A DNA stretch of 64,000 nucleotides from contig CM075996.1 of the NCBI GenBank assembly GCA_038087875.1, forward strand, positions 1,242,001 to 1,306,000. The letters are read 5' to 3'. A program made the translations under genes and the position numbers. The notes below the pieces were generated by a model. It searched no databases and was not told the DNA's origin. It was given only the letters and a program-made list of their open reading frames with translations. Within the stretch, counting starts at the first letter, position 1. Every line of letters begins with the position of its first letter. Positions 59,230 to 64,000 of the stretch are shown here, piece after piece. The DNA comes from Malacoraja senta. Lineage: Eukaryota.

Positions 59230-61437
59230 GTGAGTGTTAGAAATCATAGAAAATAGGTGCACGAGTAGGCCATTCGGCCCTTACGAGCCTGCACTGCCAT
59301 GCAATATGATCATCCACAATCAGTACCCCCGTTCCTGCTTTTTCCCCCCCATATCCCTTGATTCCGTTAGCCCTAAGAGCTAAATCTAACTCTCTCATGA
59401 AAACATCCAGTGAATTGGCCTCCACTGCCTTCTGCGGCAGAGAATTCCACAGATTCACACAACTCTCTGGGTGAAGAGGTTTTTCCTCATCTCAGTCCTA
59501 AATGGCCACAGATTCACAACTCTCTGGGTGGAAAGTTCTTCCTCATCTCAGTCCTAAATGGCCGACCCCTTTATTGCTAGTGTGTGTTGTTCACGTTGTG
59601 AGTGGTGTTGTCCGCCGGGTGGTCACTGCCGGGGGTTGGTGTGTCTGATGTAAATAAGGATGGCGACCTTAAACGGCGGTGGTGAATAGGGTTTTGTTTA
59701 CGACATGTGCTCCTTGTTGCTCTTGGTTCACGCCCAAGTTGAAGATTCCGAGCCGTGTTTGATGTTAATGCAGCTGGCGTGAAGAAGCACAGCAGTTGGC
59801 CACTCTTGGGCAGACCTGACCCACTGCGCACTGATTCTGCAGCGTGAGGCTTTTCCTGGAAACCTTTCTTCTATTTTTGTACATGCTCAGTGGTTTAGTT
59901 CAGAGATACAGCAGGGAAACAGGCCCTTCGGCCCACCGAGTCACGCAGACCAGCCATCCCAGCACACTAACACTATCCCACACACACTAGGGACAAATTA
60001 CAAGATACCAACGCCAATTAACCTACAAACCCGCACGCCTTTGGAGTGCGGGGGGAAACCGGAGCACCCGGAGAAAACCCACGCAGGTCACGGGTAGAAC
60101 GTGCAAACTCCGTACAGACAGCACCCGTAGTCAGGATCGAACCTGGGTCTTTGGCGCTGTGAGGCAGCAGCTCTACCCGCTGTTTCAAAAGAACAAAAAG
60201 TAGGAAATCATCCAGATTTTGGATGAAATGAAGGGAGATGCTCACATTACCAGTTGTGACCAGCAGGTGGGAGCAGACTTCTTCCTCACATTGAGAAGCC
60301 TGTGTGTGAACACACAAGGGGGATTCCAAGCGCTTGTCCTTGACATCCAAGGGTGTTAGCATGACGTGTACCCCAATATTAACATGTTGGGGATCACCAC
60401 GATAGAACCCCCCCCCCCCCCCCGAAGGCTCGGCAGGACCAGAGCGAGCCACTGGAGATGTTGGTGGGTGAACCAGGGTCAGGCTGCAGGAGGCACAAAG
60501 ATGGCTGGGCCAGGAGAGGAGAGGGACGTTAGTACACAGGAACTGCTCCAGTACGTCCAGCGCACGGCTGACCACTCTTTGGAAATGGCGCCAAAACGTG
60601 GCGGCTCCCTCGTATGTAATATATGCAAAAATAATTCCACTATGAGATACATCTGTGAATGAATGAATGGATAGGTTTATTGGCCAAGTGTGTACACGTA
60701 CAAGGAATTTGCCTTGGTGCTCCGCTCGCAAGTAACAACACCACATACAGTAAACAATTAAGAATAAAACATTATTACATTAAGAATAAATCATTATGCG
60801 GCAGATAAAGCATCACTGGAGCAGAAACTCAACTGAACAGCAACAAAACTGTCGCCATAACAGTCTGAAGAAGGGTCTCGACCCGAAACGTCACCCATTC
60901 CAACGCTCCATAGATGCTGCCTGTCCCGCTGAGTTACTCCAGCATTTTTGTCTACCTTCGATTGTTCCAGCATCTGCAGTTCTTTCTTAAACAAAATGTC
61001 GCCATAACAGGTGTCATGGGGTTATGCGGAGAAGGCAGGAGAATGGGGACAGGAGGGAGAGATAGATCAACCATGATTGAATGGTGGAGTAGAATTGATG
61101 GGCCGAATGGCCTCATTCTGCTCCTAGCACATCACCTGATAAGAGCTGGCTTTAATATCTGGGTGTAATGTGAACTCCGAAGAGTGATCTCAGAACTCAT
61201 TGTACCCGTCTTGCTTTTCCTCCTCGATTATAAAAGGGGGAGCCCTGATCTTTTCCTCCTTTTTTCCCCAAAATGGTTTGGTGAGATCAGATCATTCATC
61301 TCTTGTTCCCCCTCTCCTCTCTGTGCCCCACCTGGATTCACACCCATCTCTCCCCTTTCCCATCCCCCTTCCACCAATATTCCTTCCTCTGGCTTCACCA
61401 TTCCTCTCCTCTTCTATCCTTATCTCACACTTCTTTT

Positions 61438-61910
61438 TCATCCCGGGCTGGCGGGACTGTCGTATGCTGAGAGAATGGAGCAGCTAGGCTTGTACACTCT
61501 GGAGTTTAGAAGGATGAGAGGGAATCTTATTGAAACATATAAGATTATTAAGGGTTTGGACACACTAGAGGCAGGAAACATGTTCCCGATGTTGGGGGAG
61601 TCCAGAACCAGGGGCCACAGTTTAAGAATAAGGAGTAAGCCATTTAGAACGGAGACGAGGAAACACTTTTTCTCACAGAGAGTGGTGAGTCTGTGGAATT
61701 CTCTGCCTCAGAGGGCGGTGGAGGCAGGTTCTCTGGATACTTTCAAGAGAGAGCTAGATAGGGCTCTTAAAGATAGCGGAGTCAGGGGATATGGGGAGAA
61801 GGCAGGAACGGGATATTGATTGGGGATGATCAGCCATGATCACATTGAATGGCGGTGCTGGCTCGAAGGGCCGAATGGCCTACTCCTGCACCTATTGTCT
61901 ATTGTCTATC
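61438..61910 (+). mobile_element. CR1 3' fragment
   Basis: PGLAGLSYAERMEQLGLYTLEFRRMRGNL...WNSLP, 3' UTR and (CTATTGT)n tail; related copy on minus strand at about 39570-40005. Confidence 0.9.
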
Positions 61911-62002
61911 TCCGGCCTTTGTCCAACCATCTGCCTCTCAACCTCCCCCCTCATTGATCCAAGGTGAGGATTACTAACACGTGGCCTTGTGTGCTTCTGC
62001 AG

Positions 62003-62159
62003 AGAGGGATCCATTTCTCAGTGGTGTCCCCGCGCAAGCTGCCCGCCCTGCGGGTGTTGTTTGAGAAGGCGGCGTTGGGCGGCGTTATCGAGACCCAGCT
62101 GAAGGATTACAGCCAGGACCCTCGCCATATGATCATGATTCGGGGCATCGTGCTCCCAG
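62003..62159 (+). CDS. MED25: MED25 coding exon 6
   Basis: ctgcag|AGA GGG...CCA G|gtaaga; RGIHFSVVSPRKLPALRVLFEKAA...DYSQDPRHMIMIRGIVLP. Confidence 0.95.
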
Positions 62160-62968
62160 GTAAGAACCATCCTTCTCCCTGTGGCCCGCGTGGGTTTTCT
62201 CCAGCTGTTCCAGTCTGTACAGACGGCACCCCGTAGTCAGGATTGAACCCGGGTCTCTGGCGCTGTAAGGCAGCAACTCCATCGCTTGGCCACCGTTCCC
62301 TATTTGCTGGGAGAAATATTTTACTATTGAGAAAAAACTATATGTATGTCTTATGTAATATATGCAATATATGCACTGTATGTCATGTTTTTACTTGTGG
62401 GCGGAGCACCAAGGCAAATTCCTTGTATGTGAATACTTGTCCAATAAACTTACTTACTTACTAATGTAATGAGTCATTGCAGATCGTGAGGTATTTGCCG
62501 TGCTTCACTGAAAGACTGCACAGTACGGTTATTTTAAGAATGAAACCACTTTCTTCAACTAATCAAGTTGAGTTGAGTTTATTGTCACGTGTACCGTGGA
62601 ACAGTGAAAAGCTTTTGTTGCGTGCTAATCAGTCAGCGGAAAGACAACACACGATTACACTTGTGCCGTCCACAGTGTAGAGATACAGGATAAAGGGAAT
62701 AACGTTTAGTGCAAGGTAAATGAATGAATGAATAAGTTTATTGGCCAAGGATTCACATACAAGGAATTTGCCTTGGTGCTCCGCCCGCAAGTGACAACAC
62801 GACATACAGTGACAGTTAGGAATGACACACGAAACATTAAACATTCAAGCCATTAAAGTCTGATCAAAGATAGTCTGAGGGTGTCCGATGAGGTAGATAG
62901 TAGTTCAGGACAGCTCTGTAGTTGTGGTCGATGGTTCAGTACTCATTGCCCTGCTTTGGTCCTTGCAG

Positions 62969-63138
62969 GTGGGGGCACAGTAGCGGCCAACACTGTGCCT
63001 CAGAAGCCCATCCCTCCACAACCGCCGATGCAGCCACAACCGAGCCTGTTGTCCAGCCAGCCGCAGGCTTCACAACTATCGCAGTCTCAGCCTCCGTCAC
63101 AGCCCCAGGCAATGCCTTCCATCTCACAGCCGTACCAG
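62969..63138 (+). CDS. MED25: MED25 coding exon 7 (Pro/Gln-rich linker)
   Basis: ttgcag|GT GGG...TAC CAG|gtagat; GGGTVAANTVPQKPIPPQPPMQ...QPYQ; phase-compatible. Confidence 0.88.
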
Positions 63139-64000
63139 GTAGATGGGGTCTGCTGCTTCTTCCCCACCTTACCCCACATAGCACCCGGAGCGACCAGCCG
63201 CTGGCAGGCTGAGACATGACCGGCCTGCAGCAGCTGCCCGCCCGCCCGCTCCCTCTCCTCAACTGGGGGTTTATGATGGAACCGAACCTCTCCTCACTGC
63301 GACACGTGGCTGCTGTAGGGGCTCACGTTGTAACCACGGGGGGCTGCGCTTTCTTCAGGCCGCTGCCACCGACAGAACGGACCCGGTCACCATGGGGCTC
63401 CCCTGCTGTTGCTAATGTCGAGTATGCCAGTGTCTCGGGGGAAGAGGAGGGGGGTTGGCGCTGATGGGGGGGGGGGGGGGTAGGCCAAGTGGGCAGAGCC
63501 ACGGGAGAGAGGGAGGAGGAGGTTGTGACGGTGGAGTGGGGAACGGACAAAGCCACCGCCCAAAGCAGATGAGAGGGGAGGGAGCCCCATGGTGACCCAG
63601 CGCGTGCTGTCAGTGGTGACGGCCTGAAGAAAGCGCCGTCCCCAGGCGCTACAACGTGAACCGCAACAACTGCCGTGTCAACCGGACCATGTGGTGGGTT
63701 GAGGAGGGGCTTGTTGACGCACCTGGCGAGCTGTGGGTGGGCCGGGGTGCCGGGGGCCGGGGGCCGGGGGCCAGTGCGAGCTGGGGGCTGGAACGGCAGA
63801 GGTAGACAAGTTCTTGATTCAAAGGTTCAATGGATGCAGCACATTAAAAGAATACAACATAACAATAATAAAGATATTTAAACATAAAAACATCCCCCCA
63901 CAATGGTTCCCATTTTGAGGGAAGGCACAAATCCAGTCCCCATCCCCATGTCCACCCACAGTCGGGCCTATTAGAACGGGCGTCAAGGATTATGGGGTGA

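Noticed and set aside
60018..60746. 242-aa minus-strand ORF
   Set aside because: A chance read-through of adjacent repeat fragments (LINE-type tail, unclassified segment, SINE); no recognisable domain.

Overview
Eukaryotic (vertebrate) genomic DNA, not prokaryotic. The repeat content (V-domain/HE1-type tRNA-SINEs, CR1 LINEs, Penelope and Rex1/Babar remnants) points to a cartilaginous fish, probably a skate or ray; this is an inference. Three intron-containing genes are recognisable from exon translations and splice sites. (1) PPP1R12C/MBS85, a myosin phosphatase targeting subunit, lies on the minus strand with 13 exons from 29018 down to the window start; its first coding exon is not visible. 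(2) After a 200-N assembly gap, the 3' exons of PRR12 (QSER1 paralog) lie on the plus strand at 33182-41157, followed by a probable long 3' UTR. (3) MED25 lies on the plus strand with a CpG-island promoter at about 49.7-50.1 kb and seven coding exons at 52840-63138. Introns are packed with retroelements, including a near-complete CR1 ORF2. I cannot support a wholly new biological system. The most unusual structures are: a 13-copy tandem array made of PRR12's own 3' splice site; many Penelope-derived, often palindromic repeats carrying a minimal hammerhead-ribozyme core; a probable GC-AG intron in PPP1R12C; a roughly 100-bp inverted repeat after MED25 exon 7; and three single-base homopolymer frameshifts in conserved exons that are probably assembly errors. 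Gene identities rest on recalled protein sequences, not on a database search.
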